Part shown: in pieces, positions 51,673 to 64,000 of the stretch | Layout of the letters: each line of letters begins with the position of its first letter | Numbering within the stretch: the stretch's first letter is position 1 | DNA from: Malacoraja senta | Lineage: Eukaryota | Assembly: GCA_038087875.1 (NCBI GenBank) | Contig: CM075990.1 | Location: forward strand, 13,146,001 to 13,210,000 | Direction of reading: 5' to 3' | DNA: 64,000 nucleotides | Program-made: the position numbers and the translations under genes | The notes under the pieces: model-generated | Databases searched by the model: none | Told to the model about the DNA's origin: nothing | What the model saw: only the letters and a program-made list of their open reading frames with translations

Positions 51673-54476
51673 TTGAGTACATCATCTTATTGGGCACATA
51701 AACTCAATGATGAATGATTATAGGATGTTTAGAGTACTGTCATTCGGAAATCACCTGTGGTCCCAGGTATCCTTGCAAGTGGCCATAAAAAAACATGTGC
51801 AGTAAAGCATCTGTATTTTCATGTGTCCTGGCCAATATTTCATTTTCCATGAACACTATGGAAAGCACAATCTTTTTATTACGTTGCTGATTGTGGGACC
51901 TCTCTGTTCAAAAAATATTTGACCACATTTGACAGCACTTCAAACGTGCTTTGTTGATTCTGCATGAAGGGCCTGAGATTCTGAGATCATGAAAGCCCTA
52001 CAAATCATGTATTTCCTTATTATTGAACAGAAACTATTCCAAACTGAACCAAATTGACATTTTCAAAATCGTAAGTCCTTTTTGGATAAGTTAAAAGCTC
52101 TTCATTTGCATTTGCAGTCTTGTCCTTGTCCAAATATTGAAGATATGTGTGGATTTGTTGTGATGTTCCAAAATGTTCTGTGGCCGATGAAGGATGGTCA
52201 CTTTTTCATGTGGAAAACATTCAACCTAATCTGTCCACAGCAAAATGCCATAAACAACACTGTAATATTGACCTGTCAGTCTGGTTTAGTGATATTGATT
52301 AAGGTATAAATATTTGTCAGAACAACGGGGATAACTTGCTCAATGGCAAAATAACAGCATATACCCTTTCAGATTTATCTGCGAGAGGTCTTGGATTAAT
52401 CTGTACTGTTGCATGGGGCCTCTGTTCTTGATCTATAGGATGAATGTGCAGCATAACAAATGTTCTTTGAATGCCTGAGTTGCACTGGGCTGGGTCAGAT
52501 TGGGAATGGAGAAACCTGTGAGTATTTTAGCTCACTTCATATTTGAATTGATTGCAAAACTCAAAGTGCTGGAGAAAATCAGTGAGTATGGCATCATCTG
52601 CAAAGGGAATGGATAGGCAATGTTTCGGATTGCAACCTTTCATCAGACTGATTGCAGCAGAGGGGAGAAAGCTGGGGAAAAAACAGGTGCGGTGGGCCAA
52701 AGCCTGGAAAGTACTAGGTGGTTACAGATGAGGGGGGTTTGGACTGCCCTCGCCTTTCTTTTCCAGCTTTCTCCTCCCTACAGCCAGTCTGAAGAAGGAA
52801 CCCAATCCAAAATGTTGCCTATCCACTTCCTCCACAGATGCTGCCTGTCCCGCTGGGTTACTCCAGCATTTTGTGTTGAGCTCAAGATTCCAGCATCAGC
52901 AGTTCCTTGTGCCTCCATTGAATGGACTCTGGTCAGATTGGGTTCAGATCAGATTCTAATTTTATCCAATGGTAAATCCAGTGCCGCTAACCTTTCTTCA
53001 AAACTAAAGTTTGACAAATCATTATGAAAAATTAGGGGGGAAAAAAAAAATCATATTAAAAAAATCATATTGTCATTTCCAAATTTTTCAGCCTTATCTA
53101 TTTTACAATTAGATGATCCATCCATGGCTTAAATCCTAAAATCAGTTTCTGTAGAATCCCACCTTCAGGTGATAAAAGATAACTTTTCATACATTTAAGT
53201 GGAAAATGTAATCCATTGGTGGTATTGTTGCCTGTTTGTGTTGGTTCTGGATTGAAGATTGAAATAAAATTCAATGTGATACACCAGTGCGAAGGCAGTG
53301 TGGAATTGATGGACATTCAGTAAGGATTGAAATACAGATATGACTTTCTAATTAGTACCAGTGTATGCCTATTATATCAACCCATTATTCTTTAAAATGT
53401 TGTTGTACCAAATTCCACATTGCCAACGCCTTATATTGTGATGCAAATAAATGTCTCTGAGTAATGAATAACTGCTTCTTGCTGGTGGCAAACGTATTAG
53501 ATCGTGTTTGTGCATTGCTTACCTAGAGGATGGGTGTGTATTAAATTGTGTTTGTGCACTGCCTTCGTAGAGGATAGGCGTGTTATTCATTTCCCCCACA
53601 CCTACATCTGATCACAGTTCAGTTGGAAATGCCACACAAGGAAATACATCTAAAAATAATTCATATCCAATCAACTGGTTTTTCATTGTAGTTTTAGATG
53701 TAAATAGCCGTTTGACACTTTCATACAGGAAATTTCATTCTAACAATCAGATGTAAAATAAGCAGCTGATCCCTGGAAGTAATACAGAGAGAATGGCTGT
53801 ACAGCTGACCTCTATTGACAGAGAACTTAAATGTGCGCTTGGGTTAGAGAAGCATTGTTTTTCAGACTTGATAGGAAACATTGTCCGATAGGAACAGACA
53901 GCAAAAAATCACTTTCATTATTCAGTAACCAGTGTTCACAGATTTAAGGTAAACTGCCACAAATTCTGGAGGGAGGCAACACATTATAGACAAGATCCGA
54001 TAAGTGCTAGAACAGGTTCTACAGCGACTTTCACAGGAACCAAGAGGAACACAGAGAAATGAGGGGAATTGGTTATCTATTTCGATAACTAGCACAGGGT
54101 TAGATAATCGCCGAGAAACATAAAAATACTTTTCTCTCTTCGCAAATGTTGCATGACCTGCTGAATATTCCTGCATTTATTCCAGATTCATAAGATCTAA
54201 GAGAATCTGATTTTGCATTATAGGAATAAGATGTTTCATGCATGTTTTGCTAAACAATAATTTAAACAATAAGCTCAATTCCATCCTCCCACATGATTCC
54301 GATACCCCTTACATCCTTAGTATCGAAAAATCTGTGCTCAATAACTCTATTTAAGAGACACCTAAGAGCTGGAATATAAAAATAGAAAATAAATTAAGCT
54401 TAAATATTAACTCAAATTAAATCACAGCTGCACACCAAGAGGACATACTGCCAAAAGAACTTTCAGAACTTTCAGA

Positions 54477-55217
54477 TCGCCACCTCCAACGGGATCCCAC
54501 CACTGGCCACATCTTCCCATCTCCTCCCCTTTTGGCTTTCCGCAGAGACCGCTCCCTCCGTAACTCCTTGGTCAATTCGTCCTTTCCCACCCAAACCACC
54601 CACCTCTCCTGGCACTTTCCCTTGCAACCGCAGGAAATGCTACACTTGTCGCTTTACCTCCCCCCTCGACTCCATCCAAGGACCCAAGCAGTCTTTCCAG
54701 GTGCGGCAGAGGTGCACCTGCACCTCCTCCAACCTCATCTATTGAATCCGCTGCTCTAGGTGTCAGCTGCTCTACATCGGTGAGACCAAGCATAGGCTTG
54801 GCGATCGCTTTGCCCAACACCTCCGCTCGGTTCGCATTAACCTACCTGATCTCCCGGTGGCTCAGCACTTCAACTCCCCCTCCCATTCCGAATCCGACCT
54901 TTCTGTCCTGGGCCTCCTCCATGGCCAGAATGAGGTCCATCGTAAGTTGGAGGAGCAGCACCTCATATTTCACTTGGGTAGTTTACACCCCAGCGGTATG
55001 AACATTGACTTCTCCAATTTTAGGTAGTCCCTGCTTTCTCCCTCTTTCCCCTCTCCTTCCCAGCTCTCCCACAGCCCACTGTCTCCGCCTTTTCCTTTCT
55101 TCTTCCCACCCCCATATCAGTCTGAAGAAGGGTCTCAACCCGAAACGTCGCCTATTTCCTTTGCTCCATAGATGCTGCCTCACCCGCTGAGTTTCTCCAG
55201 CATTTTTGTCTACCTTC
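54477..55217 (+). mobile_element. Penelope-like fragment (GIY-YIG region plus 3' end), frameshifted
   Basis: Highly similar to the reverse complement of about 45270-46030. Hammerhead-like core at 55122-55149. Confidence 0.9.
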
Positions 55218-55714
55218 AGATTTGATGATATGCTTTATTACATTTAAGGTTTGATATCTATTAAGTACTGGCTAATTATACTGCGAGTGATCAGTACACC
55301 AAATAGATTCAGGGTATTATATTGAATGGAAAGACTTCACAATCATTCAAGAGAGGTAAGATTATAAATTGGGAAGAAATAGTGTTCTTTAGGAGAATGA
55401 GCAGAATAATCAGAATGATCTTTGAAAATTGTGCTTTTTTTCTGAGACCAAAATGCAGGAATGAAACAAAAAGATTTGCTCTTACATAAACTGATTTATC
55501 TCATATTATTACTGCTGCAAAAAGGGTGGCAGCAATTGTCAAAGAAAATTAATTTCAGGAATTTTTTTCCAACTGGTAATGAATAAAATTATGAGAAATT
55601 ATGGTTAGAATCTTTCCCTGAATGATGAATTGATCATAGACTTGACAGCTCCAAAATGTTTAAAATTAATGAAGTAAACAGAGGAAAACTAAAAGAAGAC
55701 AGCGTAAACTGAAT

Positions 55715-55840
55715 GTTTAAGAAGGAACTGCAGATGCTGGAAAATCTAAGGTAGACAAAAATGCTGGAGAAACTCAGTGGGTGAGGCAGCATCGATGGAG
55801 CGAAGGAAATATGCAACGTTTCGAGCCGAAACCCTTCTAC
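55715..55840 (-). mobile_element. Penelope 3'-end mini-element with 15-bp TSD
   Basis: TSD cagcgtaaactgaat at 55700-55714 and 55841-55855. Confidence 0.85.
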
Positions 55841-57059
55841 CAGCGTAAACTGAATACATGTGAGAAATACCTGGTGAAAGATTAAAATTACACCCACCAA
55901 TTTTCAGATTTAATTTTTTCGTATAAATAGTTGTTAATGGGTAACATTTGGACATAAATTGTATCTGGGTTGATTCGTGGAACTTGAATTAATAACACAA
56001 TATTCTGCAAAACATTTTGCTGACCACAAAATGCTGATAGAGAGAAAATCAGGTTAAACTGATTTAACGTTTTAGCAAAGCTAGTACAAAGCTAGTGTTA
56101 GTACTTTTGAATTAGGATGACAAACAGAATTCCCAATTTTGGGTAAAGTAGACTTCCTGACTTCATATAGACTTAAGTTTGGTAGTTGCTATTATTCAAA
56201 AGTGATAATTGATGCTCACAAACTAACCATGAAGATCTTGATACACCACAAAAGGTCAGGTTGTTATCCATTGAAAGTGTATTTATGCAAGGAATGAAAT
56301 CTTCAGCTCAGTTCGCCAGAGAGAAACCCTGAATATAAAGTTGTAATGAAGGGCAGAGACTGGAATTGTAAGAGGATCGATTTAGTGCACAATATTGGTA
56401 TAAAAAGGTCATGAACACACAAAATGAAGGAAAATCTTCAAAAGCAGGAAGGAAGAAACAAGAAATTAAAGGGAAAGGACGAGGTAGGGTAAAAGAAAAT
56501 CCGTCATAAAACAAATTAAAACTGAGCATTGTGTAGGAAGGAACGGCTTCAATTTTTCCAAGTGTCTGCCAAGCCATTATAAAGGAATTTAAAAAGCTAT
56601 CTCGCAAGTTTTTGCGCATTTGTTGATTGCAGCGTTGAGATATGTTAAAACTAAACATCCGCGCTCACAATTTCAACGTTGCTAGTTGGTTATAGTAATT
56701 TATATCTCTGAATAGTTGGCAATTATATTGTAACTAATTTGTTTAGTTAACGCACGATTAGGTAAAAGTATTTATTAAGAGTATATATTAAAAGTTAAAA
56801 GACGAAGGTTGCGTCTCTATAGGTGGATAAAGGAAATTGATTTACTTGCGAGAAAACAAGTCTAGATTCATTCAGCAATTTTCACAAACTTTATGCCTAA
56901 ACCCGTTACTGATAATCAAGTAGATATTAATACAGTTGAATTGAAGTCAATGTGACATCTGCTTCTGGTTTTGCAAGATTTACGAATCTTGGAGTAACAA
57001 AGAGGGAAAAAAGTGAATCGACCTTCACAACTGCACACAGTTCCCAGTCTTGTGAATGA

Positions 57060-57392
57060 CACAGCCCCGATTGGTCACAGTGCCGGAGACTACGCCCTAG
57101 CTGCTGCACCAAGCCAACCAAGGCTTCTCCTGCCTTGACGGAAAGGTTGAGAACACGCCGGTTCCAGTCCCTCCTTCACTTCACACACGGAGCTTGCGAA
57201 TGGTGGAGCGTTTGAGCGACAACTGGGAAGCCCACCTTCGTGCATGAAGGGTTGAAATGTGATTGGTGTGGCAGCATGAGTGATGGTGGCAGTAGGGGAG
57301 GGGGATCCGCCCTTTCCCAATGCTTCCCAGCCCTGGCGTGGCCCCGACTGCCGCTGCGGAGCCACTTCGGGGGAATTGGCTACACTTCAGCG
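57060..57392 (+). promoter_or_regulatory. Putative MCU promoter / 5' UTR (GC-rich, several CCAAT boxes)
   Basis: GC/CpG-rich region ahead of the MCU ATG. ATTGG at 57070, 57262 and 57375, CCAAT at 57317. Confidence 0.6.
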
Positions 57393-57533
57393 ATGGCGAT
57401 TGCGGCAAGGGCTCTACTTTCGGCCGCTCTGGGGAGCACTCGGGCGGCAGCAGCAGCAGCAGCGAGTGGAGGAGGAGGAGGAGGCTGCTTCAGCGGGCTG
57501 GCTCTCAGCAGACAGCGGCAACCACAGCGGACG
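57393..57533 (+). CDS. MCU: MCU exon 1 coding part (mitochondrial targeting peptide), 141 nt; gene continues right of the window
   Basis: gcgATGG start. Translates MAIAARALLSAALGSTRAAAAAAASGGGGGGCFSGLALSRQRQPQRT|gtgagt, versus human MCU exon 1 ending GCFPGLGVSRHRQQQHHRT. Divergent from MICU1, as in other vertebrates. Confidence 0.88.
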
Positions 57534-59233
57534 GTGAGTCAGGACAGGCACAAATTGCTACAGGATCTTTGGGCACAGGGACAGGGACAGGTCCAGGTCC
57601 CCCCTTCCAGGAAGATTGCAGCGGCGAGTCCTCCTTCCCATCTGGTGGGAGTGGCAGGGAGGGAGTGCGGCTTTGGACGGGCTCTGTTCCTCCCTTGGGA
57701 AACACATTCAGCGTGTGTTGGTGTGTGAAAGAGGGAGGGGGGGTGGGAGAGGGAAAAAGGGGGTTAATGAGAGCCCACAAGGCAGGCTGCTCACCTCCCA
57801 CAGCAGTTATCCTCACTAACATAAAAGCAGGACGTGGCAGAAATGTCCATCTGTAGGGAAGTGGAGTTAAGGTCTCAGGTCGGTGACCTTTCAGCGTTGG
57901 GGTGGCTGGAGTCCAAGAGGCAACCTGGCCAATCTGCCCAAGAGCTCAGATTAAAAGTTGATGCTGTTTTTTTCCCGGAAGAATGGCAGGTATAAGCAAT
58001 GCTGCCGACACGGGGACGAGCGAGGCAACATTACCTCCCTGGTTTGGAAGGAAGCTTCAGATAGGAAGCGAGAGGAAATAAGACAGCAAAATTGTTACTT
58101 ACCGCAGGGCCGCGTAACAAGTGACCTGCAAAGACCCACACACCACGTTCTAGCGCTCACACTGGTGATCTGCTTTGGATTATGACCAGGAATTCATTAT
58201 GGACCCCGCCCCTCTCCCTCCACCTCTGATTGTAAAGTAGAATCGAAAACTAGTGCTTGCCTGTAGTGGCTGTGAGCCGGGTGTGGAGCAATGATCTGAA
58301 TCATCAGAGTGTGTGTACATATCGTCCCAATCTTCCGGTATCAACATGATTTTTTTGCATGCCGCAGTAGTCCGGTCTAACGATATGGAAACATATGGTA
58401 CAGGGTCTGAGTTTGACTCTCGCCCCTCATCCCACATTAACCCCGATGGTGAATCTATGTACGAGTGAATTCCCGTGATAGTAGGTCTATCTCAATGTGC
58501 CTGGCAGCAGTCAGACACTTCGTACAAGTGGGGATGCAGCTTCATTGCTTTACGTCTTGCTGGAGGATGGTGCCAGACACTGAGAGGCAGAGAAACTAGA
58601 GGACAAACCTTGCCAAACTATTCTCGGGACTGGGGTAAACCTCCACAAATTAGTTGTTTCCCTTGCTTGGTGAGTTTGTTCTATCAGTGGACAGCTGAGA
58701 AAGATGTGGGGGTTGAATCTGGATTAGCTGTCAAAGAGGGAGTCAGTTCCATTGAGAAATCTTTGCGGCTCATATGAGCTATTAGGTGGTTGGCCCACTT
58801 GTGACTGTGTTCCTCAGCGCATTGGCAGTGGCAAGAGAAGGGGGTATGAAGTGAAATCATCCATATTTTTCTCTGGTATTGTCTGCAGTATCTGAATGCT
58901 GTGTTTCAATACTACACCCATGAAGTTGGGGGTCGATTTCTGATGAACAGGTGGAGATGTTTACATCCAAACTGGACCTAAACAAAATTACAAATGAGTT
59001 ATGGTTCAGTGTGTCATGCTATTCAACGTCCACATATTTATTCCACCCTGAAGTAAGTTTGCTCTCACTTGAAATATTGAAGTTGACTGAGTTCCGAATT
59101 GCCCATTTACTTTTGCACCCATAGTTCTCTAAAATGAAGGTTTACATCCACTAAATCTTTTCTATTCTTTCAAAGCCAACAATTAGTAAATAGCATTTCG
59201 GGGCAACGTTTCACGTCCAACACTTGAAAAGTA

Positions 59234-59635
59234 CATCTCCATCGCAGGAGATAGACTCCTGACCAACATCCAATATAAACCCACTGACTCCCATGGCTAT
59301 CTGGACTGCACTTCTTCCCACCCTGCTTCCTGTAAGGACTCCATCCCCTACTCCCAATTCCTCCATCTACGCCGCATCTGCACCCAGGATGAGGTGTTCC
59401 AAACCAGGGCATCGGAGATGTCCTCATTCTTCAGGGAACGGGGGTTCCCCTCTTCTACCGTAGATGAGGCTCTCACCAGGGTCTCTTCTATACCCCGTGA
59501 CTCTGCTCTCACTCCCCACCCCCCCCCCCACCCTCACATCAGTCTGAAGAAGGGTTTCGGCCCGAAACGTTGCCTATTTCCTTCGCTCCATAGATGCTGC
59601 CTCATCTGCTGAGTTTCTCCAGCATTTTTGTCTAA
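59234..59635 (+). mobile_element. Internally deleted Penelope-like copy (RT thumb region fused to the 3' end)
   Basis: Matches the reverse complement of about 46120-46405, then jumps through a C-rich tract to the 3' end. Core at 59544-59571. Confidence 0.88.
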
Positions 59636-59781
59636 CATCACTATATAATCTGCATGTGTGTTTTTAGTTTACACAGTTTCCATCTTTCCACGAGTCATTG
59701 CAAAGCTATCTTGGGGGGGCAATTTCAGCTGGTGTCTCACTAACAAAATTGTGAAAATGTAGTCAACACATTTGACAGCCC

Positions 59782-60007
59782 GTGTTAAAGAAGGAACTGC
59801 AGATGCTGGAAAATCGAAGGTACACAAAAATGCTGGAGAAACTCAGCGGGTGCAGCAGCATCTATGGAGCGAAGGAAATAGGCAACGTTTCAGGCCGAAA
59901 CCCTTCTTCAGACTCCCTTAATGTGCAAGCTATTAACATTAGTTAAGGGAGCTCACATCAGTCTGAAGAAGGGTTTCGGCCCGAAACGTTGCCTATTTCC
60001 TTCGCTC
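59782..60007. mobile_element. Foldback Penelope mini-element with 13-bp TSD and a captured spacer
   Basis: TSD catttgacagccc at 59769-59781 and 60008-60020. Inverted arms around the spacer at about 59914-59952. Confidence 0.88.
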
Positions 60008-61075
60008 CATTTGACAGCCCCACAGGTAGCAAAGAATAGAAACCTCCCTTGAACAGAGCTATTTGGCCATGTGATTCACACACAATCTGAGCGGGAGAAA
60101 AGAATGCAGGAATCACTCTGGGGGTTTCACATATATATTCTGATTACCTAGATGCATGTTGTGTTTCAAGGCTATGATGTGTTGTGGAGGATAAGACACT
60201 TGACTGACAGAGGTTTGACTAATGTACTTTAATATTAATGAAGAATTTAAAAATAAATACATAGGACTGATTGTCATGAGACAAAGATACAAACATGTGG
60301 TTTCAAATATTTATAAAGATAATGAACAAGATTGTGTACTATCTGGAGAGGACAAGGCAAGCGGTTGTTTAAGCTTTTGGAGGCACTTGAGGTTAGAATG
60401 TAATATATGTTAAATGATCTGTTCACTCTGAATGTGAGCGTGATAAATGTAGTCTCAACAGTGTACTCAAACAATGTCAGTCGTCCAAATGGTCACACTT
60501 GGTCCATTGTGAAAGAAAGTAAGGCTTTCATTATACAGCCCATTTGCACCCTTGGGGTGATTCCAAGTGCTTTACAGCCAGTGAAGTATAGAGAGTGTTG
60601 TAATGCGGAAGCTAGTTTGTGAACAGAAAGCTCCTTCAAGCACCATTCCAGATGTTTAATTTATGATGCTTGATTTGAAAAGGCATCATAGCCAGCACAC
60701 TTTGGATTTTTCTTTTCCTCTGCTGAAAGTTTATTACACCTGAGAAGGAAGTTCACGTCTTATTTTGCTATCTGCCTCAGTACTGCACTGGGTCACCAAT
60801 CATTATTTTAGTGTTCAAGTCTCTAGGAACACTGGCTCAGAAGTGAGTGCTGACAACTCTGTTATAACACACAAAATATGATAATTGTCTACTCTTTGGC
60901 GCAGCTTTCCTGAGCCACAGATGTCCAATAGTTTCTACAGTTTAAATTCATTCTAGACATTAATGTGTATATCAGTGCTTCCTGAAATCTTCTCTGTGAT
61001 GAGTGTTCTTACGAAATTCAGACTCTCTTGGCAGAATGCTTTGCCCCATGTTGCAATTTATGAAAGGCAGTTTTA

Positions 61076-61380
61076 ACTTTAGACTTTTAGACTTTAGAGA
61101 TACAGTGTGAAAATAGGCCCATTGGCCCACCAAGTCTGCGCCGACCACCAATTGCTCTTCCACAAGCATTATCCTACACACTCGGGACAATTTACACTTT
61201 GCAGAAGTCAATTAACCTACAACTTGTATGTCTTTAGAGTGTGGGAGGAAACCGGAGCACCCGGAGAAAACCCACACGGTCACGGAGATTGTACAAACTC
61301 CGTTCAGGCAGCATCCGCAGTCAGGATTGAACTCTGGTCTCTGGCGCTGTAAGGCAGCAACTCTACTGCTGCACCACTGT
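61076..61380 (-). mobile_element. V-SINE (HE1-like)
   Basis: Reverse complement similar to the 9035 copy. Confidence 0.78.
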
Positions 61381-61600
61381 CACTGTTAAAGGAAAATATT
61401 GTTTTTGCTCCCTTGATATTCAGTGGTGTTGTTCTACCAAAAATGTGCAAGCTATTGACATTAGTTAAGGGAGCGACACGTTGTTAGGGTTAGATGAATA
61501 AATGTGGGAGGAGACCTGGATAAAGGATGCCTGAACCTGTTGGGTCATCATCCTGATTAACCTCATGCCAAGAGCCTAAAAATGACAGGTTAAATGTTGC

Positions 61601-61680
61601 AGGTAGACAAAAATGCTGGAGAAACTCAGTGGGTGCGGCAGCATCTCTGGAGCGAAGGAAATAGGCAACGTTTCGGGTCG
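61601..61680 (-). mobile_element. Penelope 3'-end mini-element with 13-bp TSD; another copy follows at about 61758-61890
   Basis: TSD ggttaaatgttgc at 61588-61600 and 61681-61693. Confidence 0.82.
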
Positions 61681-64000
61681 GGTTAAATGTTGCTGATCCT
61701 GGTAGAATCTGGCATGCCTTGGGAGTTAATGACTTTACTAGAGAGATGCTGAAGTGGGGAAGAAGGAATTGCAGATGCTGGTTTAAACCGAAGATAGACA
61801 CAAAAATCTGGAGTAACTCAGCGGGACAGGCAGCATCTCTCGAGAGAAGGAATGGGTGACGTTTTGGGTCGAGACCCATCTTCAGACTGGCCTTCTTCAG
61901 AGTGGGCTGTGCAGTCATCCTGAATATAGTCAGTTGTGTTTGTTGCATCTATTGGGAGTGTTCATGCCTCTGAATCAAAAGGGTACAGGCTCAAGCCTAG
62001 CGTGAAGAATTGATTTGATGTTAACCAAGACTGCAGAAGAACGCTACAGAACTTAATAATAGTTAGGCCCATCATAACTGTGTTGAGTCAATGCTGGTAT
62101 TGAGCCAATTGCGGTCAGTATTCCTCAGCTGTTTTGCACCTGGCTTTTTATTTTAAGTTGTTCCCAATTAGGATCATTGTTGCTGACATGAAAGCAAAAT
62201 GCATGCTGATGCTGAAAATCTGAAGTTTAAAAAAAGTAGGAAGCAATGAAAAAAAACATGGAAATAACAGTTAACATTTTGGGTTAATGATACCTTCCCT
62301 GACTGTTGGTAAAAGATTACAATGCTAAGGTGTTAACATCATTTTTCTCTCTTTGGAGATGCTCAACTGTCTTGAATGCATCCAAGGATTGCTGTTTTAA
62401 TGTGATTGCTGTTATCGGAGCTTTGGGTTAAATGTACCCTTTGAGTAAAAACTAAGAAGTTGGCATTGAAGTCATATGCATGGTGTTGGGAGAAAATGCA
62501 TCAACATGACTTTGTTCCATTCTCACCTTTGAGTCCAATAGGTACAGGTTCAACCCTAACTCCCAAGAGTTGAGGTGACAATAGTTGAGGCCTTATCTAC
62601 AAGGGGTCATTCTGGTTTTGAGTCCTTGTCTGTGTGCATGAATGTTATAGATCCATTTGTATGGTTGGAGGGTTCTTTCGCTTGAATGATATTTGTGCTG
62701 TCACCGCAACTGGTTTTCATTTCATTTCCATAATAATGTAGGTTCCCCATTATATTTTAAATATCTGACATGATGCTGGGGAAGTAAAATATGAGAACTA
62801 TGCAGCTGCTGAAAGCTTGTCGAGGTGAAAATAGAGAGAGATTCCCAGGCTGCATATTAATGTCATTCTCCTGGCATTGACTTAAATGGTATCATATGAT
62901 CAACATAGACTTCAATAGGAAATATCATCTGGCAGATAATTTTGTTAATCAAAATATTTAACGTAAAAATGAAGGAACAGGTCTTTGGTCAATGTGAGTG
63001 TGAATGCTTGAAATGACCTATCTCCTCCAAACCTCATCAGCATTAACTTCTCCAAAATTCATCATCTTCATTTTAAAAGCATAGAACATATAAGAAAGAC
63101 TGGAAAAGCGTCAGAATGTCACAAGGATTATCCAGATTAATTATGTAAAAGAATATGTACAGATTGTTCTGCCATCAATTTGTTTATCCCTCCAACACTG
63201 TGATGGTGGCCACATTTCGTAAATGTGACATTGGGGTGTGAAACATGGTGCCAAATAGTTTAGCTGCAGCAATTTGTTAATTGAGTTCAGTAAATTGAGG
63301 CACTTGGAAAATATAGTTCCCTTGAATTTATATATATATATATATATGTGTGTGTATGACAGCAATATTTAGTGTATAAAGTGCAGACATGAATAATGAC
63401 CAATGCATCCTCTGGGTAATAGATTTGAGCATCCCATCCATCATAATACACTTGCACACTGCATGGCCTATTGTCAGTTTAAGATTTTTCTCCAAATGTT
63501 TTGTCAAATATCTTATTAATTCTCTTTGAAAAAAGGTTGCATATAAGTTTAAGGGCCATGTTTGAAGTCTGAAGATTAAATTTAAGGCTATTTTTGTGGC
63601 AGATAATGAAGTTGACACAGAGCCTGGAGATTTTAACATTGGTCTTAAAGAGGAACAGTCCTATATGTGCTGAGAAATGTAATCTGCTTTTTCTCTTGCC
63701 GGTGACACTTTGCCAATGGAATGAGGTTACTTAAAGGTTGTACTTACTGGGAGAAGAATGAGTGTTTTTTATCAAAGGAAGATTTGCTTTTCAAGCCCTT
63801 GGTATTCTTAATTCCTAAATCCCCAATTTTAATTACCACTGCAGTGTAGTAATTGTTGTAATGTACGAAATGATTTCTACACAGCAGTTTCTCATGAACT
63901 GCAACATAGTGGTGATTGGATAATATATTTTTGGTGGCAATGGAGGGATGATCATTGGTCAGGACACTCCTATGCACGACTTTGTAATAGTATCATGTGA

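Noticed and set aside
57240..57728. 162-aa ORF as a complete gene
   Set aside because: Only 57393-57533 resembles MCU. The rest is 5' UTR/promoter and intron read-through past a canonical gtgagt donor.
11186..61890. Dispersed palindromic repeats as a CRISPR array or prokaryotic REP system
   Set aside because: Not regularly spaced, eukaryotic context, and the sequence matches the Penelope 3' end.
57534..64000. Further MCU exons
   Set aside because: No segment resembling MCU exon 2 was found by eye. The region appears to be intron 1.

Overview
Eukaryotic, repeat-rich genomic DNA, most likely from a cartilaginous fish such as a skate or ray. That assignment is inferred from the V-SINE/HE1-type SINEs and the CR1, Rex1/Babar, fish-type L1 and Penelope repeats. 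The window holds the 5' half of MICU1 on the minus strand: a putative non-coding exon 1 at about 43956-44030, coding exons at 28871-29031, 15224-15377, 12322-12484, 9756-9799 and 374-488, and a 12-nt DFWQ microexon at 6875-6886 equivalent to MICU1.1. Head-to-head with it is the first coding exon of MCU (+, 57393-57533). Both genes continue beyond the window. The most notable non-gene signal is more than 20 Penelope-derived 3'-end pieces. Many are foldback hairpins with 12-15 bp target-site duplications (TSDs). The intact copies carry a minimal hammerhead-ribozyme-like core (CTGAAGA-A-stem II-GAAACGTH), and one has captured 33 nt of nearby genomic DNA. Also present are two PIF/Harbinger-type MITEs, a young 5'-truncated L1 and several other LINE fragments. 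Most short ORFs in the supplied track are spurious. All calls are by eye; no searches were run, and repeat boundaries are approximate unless a TSD is given.
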